Assembly: GCA_003635195.1 (NCBI GenBank)
Contig: PYIY01000004.1
Span: 3,527 to 67,526, forward strand
Direction: 5' to 3'
Length of the DNA stretch: 64,000 nucleotides
Source: Candidatus Poribacteria bacterium
GTDB taxonomy: Bacteria > Poribacteria > WGA-4E > WGA-3G
Position 1 is the stretch's first letter. Every line of letters starts with the position of its first letter. The notes under the pieces are model-generated. The model was not told the DNA's origin. It was given only the letters and a program-made list of their open reading frames with translations, and made no database searches. A program made the translations under genes and the position numbers. This document shows positions 47,096 to 58,217 of the stretch, piece by piece.

Positions 47096-47842
47096 CTATT
47101 GCGCCTTCAGTTTTCCCCAGAGTACAGGCAGTTTTTCCGACGGATCCACAGCGAAAGCAGTGAAAAGGATACCGTCATTCATAATGCTCTGAACCTCGTC
47201 TTCGGTGAGTCCATCGTTGAAGAGACCGACCTCGTCCATAATAGTGGCGGAGAGGAAACCTACGCCTTTGTCTGTGGCGAGCCACGCCGTTTGATCCTGG
47301 TCTTGGAGTTGGAATTTCGGTACCTTTTGAGAAACTTTCTCTTCGCCATCAACATAGATTTTACAGGTCTCTCCGTCGTAGACATTGGCGACATGATACC
47401 ATGTCCCAGCCTTAACAGTCACACCGCTGGTAACATTCCAAGTATTTGTCCAACTACGGAGGATATTCGCCCCCTCTTTGTAAGGAACGTAGCGGTTGTT
47501 GCTCTGATCCCATATAGAGAAATAGTTCTGCTGCCCCCCAATGTCGGTAAAGTTTAGCCACAAGATGAAGGTCACTTTATCTTCGATAATGCCTTTACCG
47601 AGCGGGATGGTGACGGTCCCACCCTTTTTGATTTCAAGGGCACCATCGAATTTGCCTTTTGCCCATTTCGCGTTCGTAATTGTGCCTTTACGTCCGTTTT
47701 CGGACGCGTCTTCAGCGGTATCACCTTTACCTTCGTCCAATAACCAGATGCCGACGATCCTATCCGGATCAATCTCGGCTTGGCTGTAACCAGCGATCCA
47801 ACCTAACGCGAGTATCGCGCATAGAAATATTTTTAGTTTCAC
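47096..47842 (-). CDS. Secreted LamG/concanavalin A-like domain protein
   Basis: Signal peptide, WLLDEGKG, GKFDGAL, WYHVA.VYDG and MDEVGLFN; C-terminal AVDPSEKLPVLWGKLK; AAGGAG RBS before GTG 47842. Confidence 0.88.
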   Translation of the reverse strand: MKLKIFLCAILALGWIAGYSQAEIDPDRIVGIWLLDEGKGDTAEDASENGRKGTITNAKWAKGKFDGALEIKKGGTVTIPLGKGIIEDKVTFILWLNFTDIGGQQNYFSIWDQSNNRYVPYKEGANILRSWTNTWNVTSGVTVKAGTWYHVANVYDGETCKIYVDGEEKVSQKVPKFQLQDQDQTAWLATDKGVGFLSATIMDEVGLFNDGLTEDEVQSIMNDGILFTAFAVDPSEKLPVLWGKLKAQ

Positions 47843-47993
47843 GAGTTGTGCTCCTTTTTGATTGTGCACAGAATTCCGACCATAGTTCAACACGACAATC
47901 AGAGATGTGATCGGTATATTCATCACATTAGACTTCTCAAGGGTGTTGTAAGTTTAATCTTATTTCTGCTTGTTGATTTGTCCAGATTTTAAT

Positions 47994-48022
47994 TTGACAA
48001 CGCCCCAGAATTAGGATATACT
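47994..48022 (+). promoter_or_regulatory. Sigma70-type promoter for tRNA-Leu
   Basis: TTGACA-17 nt-TATACT. Confidence 0.7.
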
Positions 48023-48032
48023 ATAATTACTT

Positions 48033-48118
48033 GCCGGGATGCTGGAATTTGGTAGACAGGCTAGGTTCAGGGTCTAGTGTGCATTACGCGCGTAAGGGTT
48101 CGAGCCCCTTTCCCGGCA
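48033..48118 (+). tRNA. tRNA-Leu(CAG)
   Basis: Acceptor GCCGGGA/TCCCGGC, anticodon loop TTCAGGG, long variable arm, GTTCGAG T-loop; CCA not encoded. Confidence 0.93.
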
Positions 48119-48155
48119 TCTACAAATGTTATGTCGGCACGCTATCCAAGTGTGC

Positions 48156-49343
48156 CTATTCGCTTTGTTCTCTTTCTAATGTCTCGGGTACCAACCACAA
48201 GAAAATCGCTACTGCGAGATAGCCGATGCCTCCCAAGGCGAAGCCGGAATAACTCAACCCGAACACATCAGCAATATTGCCAACAACGACCGGTCCTGCT
48301 GACCCCCCAAAATCTCCTGTGAGCCGCCATAACCCTAAGAATTCACCCGTTCCGTCTCGCGGTGCTAAGTCGGCTCCGAGTGTCATCATCGTCCCCGAAG
48401 CAACACCGTTGCCGAGTCGCATGAGGATCGCTGCAAGCAGCAGCCACGTAAATGTGCCTGTAAACGGCATCAACACCATGCCGGTGGCAAAGATGCAAAT
48501 CCCAGGGACTGTCGCATACCTTCGACCAAACCGATCCATCATAAAACCAGCAATCGGAAACATTGACATGTCCACGGCTGACGATATCATGACGACCGCT
48601 CGGACTTGTTGCGTTGTTAATCCGACAATGTCGTCAGCATAGAGTGGAATAATGATATGACACCCACGCCGTAGTGTTTGGACGCAGATCTGTCCTACGC
48701 CTGCTGTAGCGAGCAGTCGGGCATGTTGACGCGATACCTGGAGCAGGTGTTTCAGATAGGGAAGTTTCTTATCGGTTGTTTCACTGGGGTGGCGGTGCGT
48801 CTTTGGAATGAAAAAGAAACAGAGGCAGAGGTTAAGCATCACAATGCCAGCATAGATAAAAAAGGGCAGACGTAGATTTACCCCAAGAAAGATAGAGAGG
48901 AACTGTCCTGCGAAGGTCCCCATCCGGTTTACACCACCGAATAGGGCAATCGCTCTCCCGCGGTTCGCTATCGGAATGACATCTGTCATATAAGCGTGGC
49001 GGGCGAGCATCCACAAGGCATTCCCGATTCCGCCAACCAACTGTGCCCCGATAAGTTGGAAAAAATGCGTTGCCGCGCCCATCCCGACAGTGGACAAACC
49101 TATCATCACCAAGCCGCACAACATTGACGGTTTGCGTCCGAGTCGTTCTACCAAAATACCCGCTGGAATATTTCCAAGTACACCGACAGCAAGGACAATT
49201 GTTGTTAAGGTATAGGATAACTCAAACGATTTAACGTAAATCGAGAGTGTTGGTGAAACAATGCCTCCGCCTGTCGCCAACAAAAATGCTGGAATGTAGA
49301 TAGGGAGAATCAGCGAAACTCGGCTAAATTTAGGGTTATTCAA
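48156..49343 (-). CDS. MFS transporter
   Basis: About 12 TM segments; G.LVERLGRK and GFMMDRFGRR motif A. Confidence 0.92.
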   Translation of the reverse strand: MNNPKFSRVSLILPIYIPAFLLATGGGIVSPTLSIYVKSFELSYTLTTIVLAVGVLGNIPAGILVERLGRKPSMLCGLVMIGLSTVGMGAATHFFQLIGAQLVGGIGNALWMLARHAYMTDVIPIANRGRAIALFGGVNRMGTFAGQFLSIFLGVNLRLPFFIYAGIVMLNLCLCFFFIPKTHRHPSETTDKKLPYLKHLLQVSRQHARLLATAGVGQICVQTLRRGCHIIIPLYADDIVGLTTQQVRAVVMISSAVDMSMFPIAGFMMDRFGRRYATVPGICIFATGMVLMPFTGTFTWLLLAAILMRLGNGVASGTMMTLGADLAPRDGTGEFLGLWRLTGDFGGSAGPVVVGNIADVFGLSYSGFALGGIGYLAVAIFLWLVPETLEREQSE

Positions 49344-49389
49344 TTTTAGGTGACTTTCAACACGGATAACTTTTTAGGATGCCTTATTC

Positions 49390-49935
49390 TCAAAAAACAG
49401 TGAGCAAAGCGTCCACATAGCACGTATGGGTCGCCTCATCAAACAAGATAAACTGAATCGTTGCTGGCACAGTGTTGCTCTGCAGCACAAGTTCCTTCAC
49501 CGCAGTTAGCGCAACGACTGCTGCTTTCTCCGTTGGGTATCCATAGATACCGGTGCTAATAGAAGGAAAAGCGATGCTCTGAATGTTGTTTTCTACAGCA
49601 AGTCGAAGGCTTTCCTGATAACAACTCGCCAGTAGTTCGGCTTCACCGGAATTACCGCCTTCCCATACCGGTCCAACTGTGTGAATCACATATTTCGCGT
49701 GAAGGTTGCCTCCTTGGGTAATGACCGCTTTGCCAGTAGGACAACCGCCTTCGCGTCTGCGGATCTCTGCGCAGGCTTGCTCAATTGCGTCCCCACCGGC
49801 GCGCCGTATTGCCCCATCTACCCCGCCCCCACCGATAAGTTGGTTGTTCGCTGCGTTCACGATAGCATCAACTTCGGCTTTGGTTATATCGCCTTGGATC
49901 ATTTCCAAGTCTGTTTGTTTAATCTGCGTTTTCAT
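49390..49935 (-). CDS. Macro domain protein (O-acetyl-ADP-ribose deacetylase, YmdB-like)
   Basis: [20 protein letters not shown] and [11 protein letters not shown] motifs. Confidence 0.95.
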   Translation of the reverse strand: MKTQIKQTDLEMIQGDITKAEVDAIVNAANNQLIGGGGVDGAIRRAGGDAIEQACAEIRRREGGCPTGKAVITQGGNLHAKYVIHTVGPVWEGGNSGEAELLASCYQESLRLAVENNIQSIAFPSISTGIYGYPTEKAAVVALTAVKELVLQSNTVPATIQFILFDEATHTCYVDALLTVF

Positions 49936-49953
49936 TGGACATCCTCCATATCG

Positions 49954-50856
49954 TTACCGATTTCTCTGAACGAAACCTACCCTATGCAGCTCCTGTAAAA
50001 TGAAAGGTTCTATAGGGGTATTGCTTTCTAATTTTGCATAGCCGATCCCTTGATCGGTGCAGAAACGTTGCAAATTGTCACAAAACGCCTGCTGTTGATC
50101 CCGGTATTGCGCGAGGGTTTCTGCATTAATTGTGACAGCTTTCGTTTCACCTGTTTCGGCATCTTCCACCAACCAGTCTCCGCCGGTAGGTGTGTTATCC
50201 AAGTGTGCTTGCGGGTCTATCTCTTCTGGACTTATCAAATGGATTGCTGTGAGAGAGAACCCACACCCTGAGAGTAATTTGAATCCGTCGGCGTAACCGA
50301 TCGGATCCAAAAAATCTGAAAGTATGACAGCCATCCCAGCGCGTCGTTGGTACATAGGAAGTTGCTTAAGACATTCCGTGAGTCTCGTTTGTCCGGATGC
50401 TGCAATTGTGTCGAGTGCTTTTGTTAGACGTGGGAATTGTGATTTGCCTGTTGTTGGTGGTAGCGTTGGCGAGAGTCGTTCAGTACAGGTGTAGACTGCG
50501 ACGCTGTCGGCGTGTGCCAAGGCGATATAGCCTAACGCTGCGGCGATCTGTTTAGCGCACATCAATTTAGTAGGCGATCCAAATTCCATGGAACGGCTAT
50601 TGTCAATAAGTAGTCCAAGTGGTAAGTCTTCGTCAGTGTGGAAAAGTTTGATAAAGAGTCTATCTAACCGTGCGTAAATGTTCCAGTCGACATGTCGCAG
50701 ATCATCGCCGGGTTCATAAACACGATAGTCAGCGAATTCCATACCCGTGCCGCGATTGAGGCTTCGGCGTTCGCCTCTAAATTTGCTGCGGAACGCACGC
50801 TTGGAGCGAATGTAGAAGGGGTCAAGTCGTTTCAGAAATTGTGGTGTAAGAAGCAT
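49954..50856 (-). CDS. DUF58 domain protein
   Basis: EFADYRVYEPGDDLRHVDWN, D.SRSM and ILSDF motifs. Confidence 0.93.
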   Translation of the reverse strand: MLLTPQFLKRLDPFYIRSKRAFRSKFRGERRSLNRGTGMEFADYRVYEPGDDLRHVDWNIYARLDRLFIKLFHTDEDLPLGLLIDNSRSMEFGSPTKLMCAKQIAAALGYIALAHADSVAVYTCTERLSPTLPPTTGKSQFPRLTKALDTIAASGQTRLTECLKQLPMYQRRAGMAVILSDFLDPIGYADGFKLLSGCGFSLTAIHLISPEEIDPQAHLDNTPTGGDWLVEDAETGETKAVTINAETLAQYRDQQQAFCDNLQRFCTDQGIGYAKLESNTPIEPFILQELHRVGFVQRNR

Positions 50857-50977
50857 CGCTATAAGTATTTAGGATAGTAGAGAAACGGGTGTACGAGGCA
50901 CGAAAATCTCGTCTTATAATTAGGTCAGTAGTATAACACAGTTCGTTAAAAAAACACAAGAATTTTGCATATTTAAT

Positions 50978-51006
50978 TTGACATCCGCTAAAAGATGGTG
51001 TATAAT
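50978..51006 (+). promoter_or_regulatory. Consensus sigma70 promoter of the tRNA cluster
   Basis: TTGACA-17 nt-TATAAT. Confidence 0.85.
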
Positions 51007-51117
51007 TTTAACTACCGAATCGGACGTAGAATGTCATAGGTAAGCGTCCATTACGTTCCTCGGTAAGGTCTCTGAAATTGCGGTTGTTGCCTGTAAATTG
51101 AGCGTATGTGTTCCTTT

Positions 51118-51193
<76 letters not shown>

Positions 51194-51215
51194 TCAAAAT
51201 TGCCTGATAACACAA

Positions 51216-51289
<74 letters not shown>

Positions 51290-51325
51290 CTTTTCATACT
51301 GCTCACGGGGAAGAGAAGAAAATAT

Positions 51326-51399
51326 GGTGGATGTAGCTCAGGGGGTAGAGCGCTTGACTGTGGATCAAGAGGGCGTGGGTTCAAATCCCATCATCCACC
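51326..51399 (+). tRNA. tRNA-His(GTG)
   Basis: G-1 and C73; anticodon arm CTTGA-CTGTGGA-TCAAG. Confidence 0.95.
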
Positions 51400-51406
51400 T
51401 TCATGA

Positions 51407-51479
51407 GCGTCCGTAGTTCAATGGATAGAGCAATAGTCTTCGGAACTATAAGTTGGGGGTTCGAATCCCTCCGGACGCG
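51407..51479 (+). tRNA. tRNA-Arg(TCG)
   Basis: GCGTCCG/CGGACGC acceptor; anticodon arm ATAGT-CTTCGGA-ACTAT. Confidence 0.93.
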
Positions 51480-51575
51480 TATACTTTTGGATGCCAAGTC
51501 CACGCTTTGGGTGTGCGATAGTGCTTAGCGAGTGGGTGCCGATGAATGCGCCTATGCTCAAGGCAGTCAGCAAGT

Positions 51576-51648
51576 GCGCCGTTAGCTCAATTGGCAGAGC
51601 ATCTGACTCTTAATCAGGCGGTTGAAGGTTCGATTCCTTCACGGCGCA
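51576..51648 (+). tRNA. tRNA-Lys(CTT)
   Basis: GCGCCGT/ACGGCGC acceptor; anticodon arm TCTGA-CTCTTAA-TCAGG. Confidence 0.95.
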
Positions 51649-51672
51649 TTGTTAACAGAATACACCGAATTC

Positions 51673-51757
51673 GGGCGGGTGCTGGAATTGGTAGACAGGA
51701 TAGACTTAGGATCTATTGGGGTTACGCCTCGTGAGGGTTCAAGTCCCTCCTCGCCCA
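51673..51757 (+). tRNA. tRNA-Leu(TAG)
   Basis: Anticodon arm ATAGA-CTTAGGA-TCTAT; long variable arm. Confidence 0.93.
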
Positions 51758-51816
51758 TGCTCGTATTAGATATATAAAGTATCCGGGCTTTGAATGCCTG
51801 ACGTGAGGACAGACAT

Positions 51817-53121
51817 TTGAGAGTTCAAATTGAAAGGTTAGACACCACGCAAGTCCGTCTGGACATTGAGGTGCCTTCTGAAGACGTTAATGCAGCATTA
51901 AAGGAAACTTATGAGACCTTACGTACCCAAGTCTCGATTCCGGGTTTCCGAAAAGGGCGCGTGCCTGTCTCAATCCTCAAGTCGAGATTTCCTGATTACG
52001 TCAATAGTGAAGCTGTCCGGTATCTGGTTGCCCCTGCTTACGAAGACGCTATTTATAGGGAAAAACTGAATCCACTCTCTCAGCCGAATTTCACACCTCC
52101 CCTTGATGAATTACGGGTTCAGGAAAACGAACCGTTCACATTCTCAGCCACCGTTGATATTCGACCGAATATAAGTCTCCCACCTTATGAAGACCTTGAG
52201 ACGGATAAAAATCCGGTGAATGTCCCTCGTGAAGATGTTGATGCCTATATTACACGACTACAGGCGCAGTCTGCAACTTATGAACCGCTTGACACTGAGC
52301 GTCCGGTCGAGGCGAAAGATTGTGTCCGTGTAGATTGGGAGTGCTTAATTAACGGGGAGCGGATTGAGCCTGAATCGAGGCAAGATGTTGATATAGAACT
52401 CGGTATCGGGGCGTTAAATGAAAGACTTGAGCAGGCCCTGATTGGGATGCAGATTGGCGAAACAAAATCCGTGGATATCGATTTTCCACAAGAACATCCG
52501 ATCACAGAACTTGCAGGAAAATTGGCGAAATATGCTATCACAGTGCACGCTATTACACAAAAGCATCTCCCCGCATTAGATGACGAGTTTGCGAAAGACC
52601 TTGGATATGAAAACTATTCACAACTTTATGGGCTGATATGGAACAATCTGGTCGAAGAAGAGACAAGTTTACATGTTGATAAGCAGAAGGCGGAATTATT
52701 GGCTCAACTCATTGAAAAAACTGATATTGCGATTCCAGAGCCGTTAGTTGATCAATATGTGGGACAGACGCTCCAGAATGTCAAGCAACAATTAGCGAAC
52801 GAACAGAGAACAGCCGAAGATGCCGGGATCAATATGGATACCTTGCCTGATGAACTGCGGCGAGATGTCATTCAACAAACAAAGCAGTCGTGGATTTTCG
52901 ATATTATCGCTGAAGCGGAGGGCATCTACGTATCCGATGATGAATTAGAATACGAAATCCGTCGCGCTGCTGAGCAACAAAATCGAGACGCTCAAAAATA
53001 CGCGGACCTCTTGAAGTCAAGCAATCGACTGGAAGAACTCCGAGGGCAACTACAACACGAAAAAATTTATCAGTTCCTCATTCACCGTGCGTCCGCTAAA
53101 CAGTCGCTCATAATCGCCTGA
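51817..53121 (+). CDS. tig: Trigger factor
   Basis: IPGFRKGRVP ribosome-binding signature, LDDEFAK; precedes clpP. Confidence 0.95.
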   Translation: MRVQIERLDTTQVRLDIEVPSEDVNAALKETYETLRTQVSIPGFRKGRVPVSILKSRFPDYVNSEAVRYLVAPAYEDAIYREKLNPLSQPNFTPPLDELRVQENEPFTFSATVDIRPNISLPPYEDLETDKNPVNVPREDVDAYITRLQAQSATYEPLDTERPVEAKDCVRVDWECLINGERIEPESRQDVDIELGIGALNERLEQALIGMQIGETKSVDIDFPQEHPITELAGKLAKYAITVHAITQKHLPALDDEFAKDLGYENYSQLYGLIWNNLVEEETSLHVDKQKAELLAQLIEKTDIAIPEPLVDQYVGQTLQNVKQQLANEQRTAEDAGINMDTLPDELRRDVIQQTKQSWIFDIIAEAEGIYVSDDELEYEIRRAAEQQNRDAQKYADLLKSSNRLEELRGQLQHEKIYQFLIHRASAKQSLIIA

Positions 53122-53123
53122 TA

Positions 53124-53230
53124 ATAGTTATAAGTTAGGAGGTTAACAGTTATAAGTTAAGAGGAAGACGGATGTTCCCACCGCTTCTTAACCAACCACT
53201 TATAATTTATAACCTATAACCTTTAAAAAA
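53124..53230. repeat. Heptamer-armed hairpin repeat (copy 1 of 6)
   Basis: AGTTATA-type arm + TTAAGAG ... TCTTAAC + TATAAC-type arm, ending TTTAAAAAA before the clpP ATG. Confidence 0.7.
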
Positions 53231-53231
53231 C

Positions 53232-53834
53232 ATGAATCTTGTACCTATCGTTGTTGAACAAACCAGTCGAGGCGAACGCTCATACGACATTTATTCTCGC
53301 TTGCTTGAAGACCGGATAATCATGATCGGAACCCCGATTGATGACGATGTTACTGCCAATATCGTAACAGCACAGATGCTTTTCCTTGAGGGGAAGGACC
53401 CGGATGCGGATATTATTCTCTACATTAATACACCCGGTGGGTCTGTTTCCGCCGGTTTGGCGATTTACGATACAATGCAGTATATCAAAGCAGATGTGCA
53501 GACTTGGTGTTTAGGTCGAGCGTATAGTATGGGAGCGATTTTGCTTGCTGCGGGTGCTCCCGGTAAACGCTATGCGTTACCACATGCGAAAGCACTTATT
53601 CATCAACCGATGGCAACGGGGATCGGGGGTCAAGCCTCTGATATTAGCATTCATGCGAAAGAAATCCTACAAGAGCGAGATCGGCTTTATACTATTTTAG
53701 CCGAACATACCGGTCAAGATGTTGACAAGATCGCTACTGATGCTGACCGTGATTTTTACATGACGGCTGATCAAGCTCTTGGATACGGTCTTGTTGATCA
53801 TGTTGTAGCACAGCGTGCCACAGAGAGAGAATAG
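53232..53834 (+). CDS. clpP: ATP-dependent Clp protease proteolytic subunit
   Basis: [20 protein letters not shown] (Ser), IHQP (His) and DRD motifs. Confidence 0.97.
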   Translation: MNLVPIVVEQTSRGERSYDIYSRLLEDRIIMIGTPIDDDVTANIVTAQMLFLEGKDPDADIILYINTPGGSVSAGLAIYDTMQYIKADVQTWCLGRAYSMGAILLAAGAPGKRYALPHAKALIHQPMATGIGGQASDISIHAKEILQERDRLYTILAEHTGQDVDKIATDADRDFYMTADQALGYGLVDHVVAQRATERE

Positions 53835-53952
53835 TTGTCGGTTGTCGGTTGTCGGTTAAGAGAACGACTTTATATATCAAGTTTCCCTCTTAACCGACAA
53901 TTGAAAGGTTTTTCGCAGAAAACCCGAACCGACAACTGATGCCCCTTAAAAA
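53833..53952. repeat. Heptamer-armed hairpin repeat
   Basis: (GTTGTCG)x3 GTTAAGAG ... CTCTTAACCGACAA..CCGACAACTG..TTAAAAAA. Confidence 0.8.
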
Positions 53953-53964
53953 AGGAGAACCTCT

Positions 53965-55503
53965 ATGTCACAATCCGCCCATCGTGAAGTGTCTTGTTCT
54001 TTCTGTCAACAGGACAGTACACAAGTCCGTCTACGACTCCTTCAGGGCAGGGAAGCCAATATTTGTGTTGAATGCATTGTCCGGCTATCAGCATCCACAT
54101 CGGATAGTGCTTCATGTGCATTTTGTAGGCGCGATAATACTCACGTCGAAAAACTCTTTAATGGACTTGAGGCGAATATTTGTGAGAGATGTCTTGCCGA
54201 GTGTATTGATCTCTGTAACGATATTCTTGCTCGTAAGCCAGATGGTAGTTTTGATCTATCCATGGAGGACTTTAACAAAGCGGAGGGCCCCGAGGAACAA
54301 GACGAACTTGAAGGTGATCAAGAGGAACCTGCCCAGGCGCGCGGACACGGTATTCACCAACGTTCCGAAACCAATGCCACAAATACAACGCCCTCGGAAA
54401 GAAAAAATGAACAGAACGCATTTGCAGAACCCCCTTCGCCTGAAGAAATTAAAGCAAAACTTGATGAATACGTAATAGGTCAAGAACATGCCAAAAAGAC
54501 ATTGTCCGTTGCTGTTTACACGCACTATAAACGCTTACATCACAGCGATATGAGTGATGATGTTGAATTAGATAAAAGCAACATTTTGCTCATCGGCCCG
54601 ACAGGTACAGGGAAAACGCTTCTTGCGCAAACACTTGCCAGGGTGTTAGATGTGCCTTTTGCCATCACTGATGCAACAACGTTGACGGAAGCGGGTTACG
54701 TGGGTGAGGATGTCGAGAATATTATATTGAAACTGGTTCAAGCGGCGGATGGCGATGTGGCACGTGCTGAAACCGGTATCATTTATATTGACGAAATTGA
54801 CAAGATTACTCGGAAATCCGAAAATCCATCAATTACTCGCGACGTATCCGGCGAAGGCGTTCAGCAAGCATTACTTAAGATTTTGGAAGGCACAACCGCG
54901 AATGTGCCACCGCGTGGCGGTAGGAAGCACCCTCATCAAGAGATGATTGAGGTAAATACCAAAAAGGTATTGTTTATCTGCGGTGGGACCTTTATTGGAT
55001 TAGATAAAGGCATTAAGGACAGACTCGGAAAGCAGAGCATCGGTTTTGGTTCGCCTATCCAACCGAAAAGTGAGACCAAAATTCATGAAATTCTTGCCCA
55101 AGTAACACCAAAGGACCTTATCAAATACGGATTTATCCCAGAATTGATTGGACGCCTGCCGGTTGTTACGACGCTTCATGAGTTGGATGCCCCGGCGTTG
55201 ATTCGTATTCTCACGGAACCGAAGAACGCGCTCGTCAAACAATATCGGCGTCTTTTGGCGTATGAAGGTGTGCAATTCCATGCGACTGATGAAGCATTAA
55301 CGGCTATCGCAGACGAAGTTATTGAACGGGAAACGGGTGCGCGCGGGTTAAGAGCCGTTTTTGAAAAGATTATGCTTGATACCCTCTATTGTCTTCCATC
55401 ACTTGACGGTGTTGAAGCATGTCATATCACCGAAGATTCTGTGCGTAATAGTGAACCGCCGGAACTCACTTACACAAAATCTGAAGAACTTAAAACTGCT
55501 TAG
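53965..55503 (+). CDS. clpX: ClpX ATPase with duplicated N-terminal zinc-binding domain
   Basis: [20 protein letters not shown] and IGF loop; two CxFC...NICxxC modules. Confidence 0.96.
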   Translation: MSQSAHREVSCSFCQQDSTQVRLRLLQGREANICVECIVRLSASTSDSASCAFCRRDNTHVEKLFNGLEANICERCLAECIDLCNDILARKPDGSFDLSMEDFNKAEGPEEQDELEGDQEEPAQARGHGIHQRSETNATNTTPSERKNEQNAFAEPPSPEEIKAKLDEYVIGQEHAKKTLSVAVYTHYKRLHHSDMSDDVELDKSNILLIGPTGTGKTLLAQTLARVLDVPFAITDATTLTEAGYVGEDVENIILKLVQAADGDVARAETGIIYIDEIDKITRKSENPSITRDVSGEGVQQALLKILEGTTANVPPRGGRKHPHQEMIEVNTKKVLFICGGTFIGLDKGIKDRLGKQSIGFGSPIQPKSETKIHEILAQVTPKDLIKYGFIPELIGRLPVVTTLHELDAPALIRILTEPKNALVKQYRRLLAYEGVQFHATDEALTAIADEVIERETGARGLRAVFEKIMLDTLYCLPSLDGVEACHITEDSVRNSEPPELTYTKSEELKTA

Positions 55504-55542
55504 GCACAGTTTTGTGGATGAGCCGTTTGCTACTATGAGGAA

Positions 55543-55635
55543 ATAGCCATCAGCCATCGGCTATCAGCAAAGAGGTTTTAGCGTAACCAAACACCTCTTT
55601 TACTGACTGCTGACTGCTGATAGCCATTAAAAAAA
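55543..55635. repeat. Heptamer-armed hairpin repeat
   Basis: (GCCATCA)n..AAGAGG ... CCTCTT..(CTGACTG)n..ATTAAAAAAA before the lon ATG. Confidence 0.8.
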
Positions 55636-55636
55636 T

Positions 55637-58084
55637 ATGGATTCGACAGCAGCGAAAGAACATGGAACCATAAGTTTGCCTGTTATTGATTTGTCTCCGG
55701 ATTTTGATAGGTATTCTCCTTTTCCGAAGACGAGGTCTTTCTTAAATGCCGCCCGTAAGATGGGGATTCGGGCAACCCGTGCTGCCCTCCGCTCGAATAA
55801 GCGGATACTCCTTCTCCACCAAAAAGTGGAGTTGGAAGAAGGAGAAGATGTCGCCCCTGAACATCTCCACGCTATTGGTGCTGTCGCGAATATTATTGAA
55901 TCTTACGAACCTGGTGACGGTACTATCCGTATCGCTATTGCTGCAGAACAACGCGCAATTGTTCTTAGGTTTACGAAAACGGCTGATTTTTTGCAAGCAG
56001 ACGTGCAAATTATCCACGAAGAGATCGGGTTAGCAAACGCCGCTGGATCTCTTGTCAAAGATACTAAGAAGCTTTTCAATAACTACGCAAAAACGAGGCA
56101 GAAAGAGCAGGCGCGCAGTTCACAACCGCATGTTTTGACCTTGGAAGAAGTGAAGCAGCTTATTAAAGAGGAAGAAGAACCGGGATCTCTTGCAGATGTT
56201 ATTGCCGGATTTCTCGACCTCACTGTGCCGGAACGCCAAAGTGTTATTGAGGAATTCAACCCCATTAAACGTTTACAACTCATTATACAGTTTTTGAACG
56301 AGGCACTCGAGCGGAATGAACTCCGAGATGACATTCACAATCAGGTCCGGGAATCTGTCCAGAAGACGCATCGCGAATTCTATCTTCAGGAACAGATGAA
56401 GGTCATTCAGAAGGAGCTCGGCAGAGATGATATCGCCGAAGTCGATGAACTCCGAGAACAGGTGAAAAACGCCGGAATGTCCGAAGAAGCAGAGGAGAAG
56501 GCCCTTAAGGAGCTTGATCGGCTTGCCCAGATACCGCCGCAATCTGCTGAATCCGGGGTTATCCGTACTTATGTTGATTGTATACTCGCCTTACCTTGGA
56601 AGGCGAGCACGGAGCACCAACTCCAGCTTCCGGAGGCGCAACGCATACTTGATGAAGATCACTACGGGTTGGAGAAACCGAAAGAGAATGTGCTCGAATA
56701 CCTTGCTGTTTTACAACTCGTGAAGCACCTTAAAGGCCCTATTATTTGCCTCGTTGGTCCGCCGGGGGTTGGGAAAACCTCGCTCGGTAAATCGATTGCC
56801 CGTGCGACTGGTAGGAAGTTTGTTAGAATGTCGCTCGGTGGTGTTCGAGATGAAGCCGAAATCCGCGGACACAGACGTACCTATATCGGTGCTATTCCTG
56901 GACGTATCATTCAAGGCCTCCGTGATGTAAAGTCGAAAAATCCGCTCTTTTTACTTGATGAGATTGATAAACTGAGTTCGGATTTCCGAGGCGATCCTGC
57001 GTCTGCTCTCCTTGAAGTTCTTGATCCAGAACAGAATTCGACCTTCCGTGACCATTACATGGATATTGCTTTTGATCTCTCTGATGTGATGTTCATCACG
57101 ACCGCTAACACCCGTGTTACGATACCGCCTGCGCTCCAGGACCGGATGGAGATCATTGAGTTGCCGGGTTACACCGATTTCGAGAAGCACAATATCGCTA
57201 CCTTTACACCGAATGGACTTATTCCGAAGCAGCTTGAACGTCACGGGCTTTCAGATGATAATATCACCTTCACAGACGAAGCCATTTATGAGATGATACA
57301 TAAGTATACCCGCGAGGCTGGGGTCCGCAACCTTGAACGCACGATCACGACCATCATGCGGAAAGTCGCCAGAGAGATCGTCACCGAAGAGACACCGGAT
57401 CTGAAAATTGAAGTGACACCCACCAATTTGAGCGATTATCTCGGACCGGCTAAGTGGACGCGCACAAAAGCCGAAGAACGCGACGAGGTCGGTGTCGCTA
57501 CAGGGATGGTATGGACACAGATTGGGGGGGATATCGTCTCCGTTGAAGCAACGACGATGCAGGGAGAAGGCAAACTGAATATGACAGGGCAGCTTCAGGA
57601 AGTCATGCGTGAATCTGTCCAGACAGCTGTTGCCTATATCCGTTCGCGTGCCGAGTTTTTCGCGTTGCCTGACAAACAGTTTGAGCAGCTGGATATTCAT
57701 ATCCACATTCCAGAGGGCGCAGTCCCGAAAGACGGCCCCTCGGCTGGGATTACCGTTGCTACAGCGATTCTCTCTACGTTAACAGGTAAGTCTGTCCGCA
57801 AAGATATCGCTATGACTGGCGAAATTACGCTTCGCGGTAGAGTGCTGCCGATCGGCGGTTTAAAAGAAAAAGCACTTGCCGCTTACCGAAATGGTATCTT
57901 TGACATCATCATTCCGGTGGACAACGAGAAAGATGAAGTTGACATCCCGACAGAAATTCGTGAAGGGATTCGTTTTCACAAAGTCAACGATATGATGGAG
58001 GTCCTGGAATTGGCACTGACAGAACCTGTCGTGGACCCCGAAGTCCCAGTAGAAATGTCAGTCCCTTCTCAGCCATCTGTGTAA
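55637..58084 (+). CDS. lon: Endopeptidase La (Lon)
   Basis: [19 protein letters not shown] and PKDGPSAG (catalytic Ser). Confidence 0.97.
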   Translation: MDSTAAKEHGTISLPVIDLSPDFDRYSPFPKTRSFLNAARKMGIRATRAALRSNKRILLLHQKVELEEGEDVAPEHLHAIGAVANIIESYEPGDGTIRIAIAAEQRAIVLRFTKTADFLQADVQIIHEEIGLANAAGSLVKDTKKLFNNYAKTRQKEQARSSQPHVLTLEEVKQLIKEEEEPGSLADVIAGFLDLTVPERQSVIEEFNPIKRLQLIIQFLNEALERNELRDDIHNQVRESVQKTHREFYLQEQMKVIQKELGRDDIAEVDELREQVKNAGMSEEAEEKALKELDRLAQIPPQSAESGVIRTYVDCILALPWKASTEHQLQLPEAQRILDEDHYGLEKPKENVLEYLAVLQLVKHLKGPIICLVGPPGVGKTSLGKSIARATGRKFVRMSLGGVRDEAEIRGHRRTYIGAIPGRIIQGLRDVKSKNPLFLLDEIDKLSSDFRGDPASALLEVLDPEQNSTFRDHYMDIAFDLSDVMFITTANTRVTIPPALQDRMEIIELPGYTDFEKHNIATFTPNGLIPKQLERHGLSDDNITFTDEAIYEMIHKYTREAGVRNLERTITTIMRKVAREIVTEETPDLKIEVTPTNLSDYLGPAKWTRTKAEERDEVGVATGMVWTQIGGDIVSVEATTMQGEGKLNMTGQLQEVMRESVQTAVAYIRSRAEFFALPDKQFEQLDIHIHIPEGAVPKDGPSAGITVATAILSTLTGKSVRKDIAMTGEITLRGRVLPIGGLKEKALAAYRNGIFDIIIPVDNEKDEVDIPTEIREGIRFHKVNDMMEVLELALTEPVVDPEVPVEMSVPSQPSV

Positions 58085-58085
58085 G

Positions 58086-58217
58086 ATAGTTGTCAGTTGT
58101 CAGATCGTTTTTTCTCTGGACGATAAAAAACTGTCAGCTGTCAGTTAAAGAGGGTTCTGGACTCCCTCAATATTTTTAGACAATCCGAAACGCTCTTAAC
58201 CGATAACTTTAAAAAAA
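58086..58217. repeat. Heptamer-armed hairpin repeat
   Basis: (GTTGTCA)n..TTAAAGAG ... CTCTTAACCGATAAC TTTAAAAAAA, directly followed by ATG 58218. Confidence 0.8.

Noticed and set aside
34336-50856. MoxR and DUF58 as one operon
   Set aside because: They are functional partners in general but lie ~15 kb apart here, with no VWA gene adjacent
51480-51575. Spacer in the tRNA cluster as a degenerate tRNA or ncRNA
   Set aside because: No T-loop consensus or convincing stems found by eye
51546-51734. 62-aa ORF (also 48031-48222)
   Set aside because: Overlaps tRNA genes; spurious
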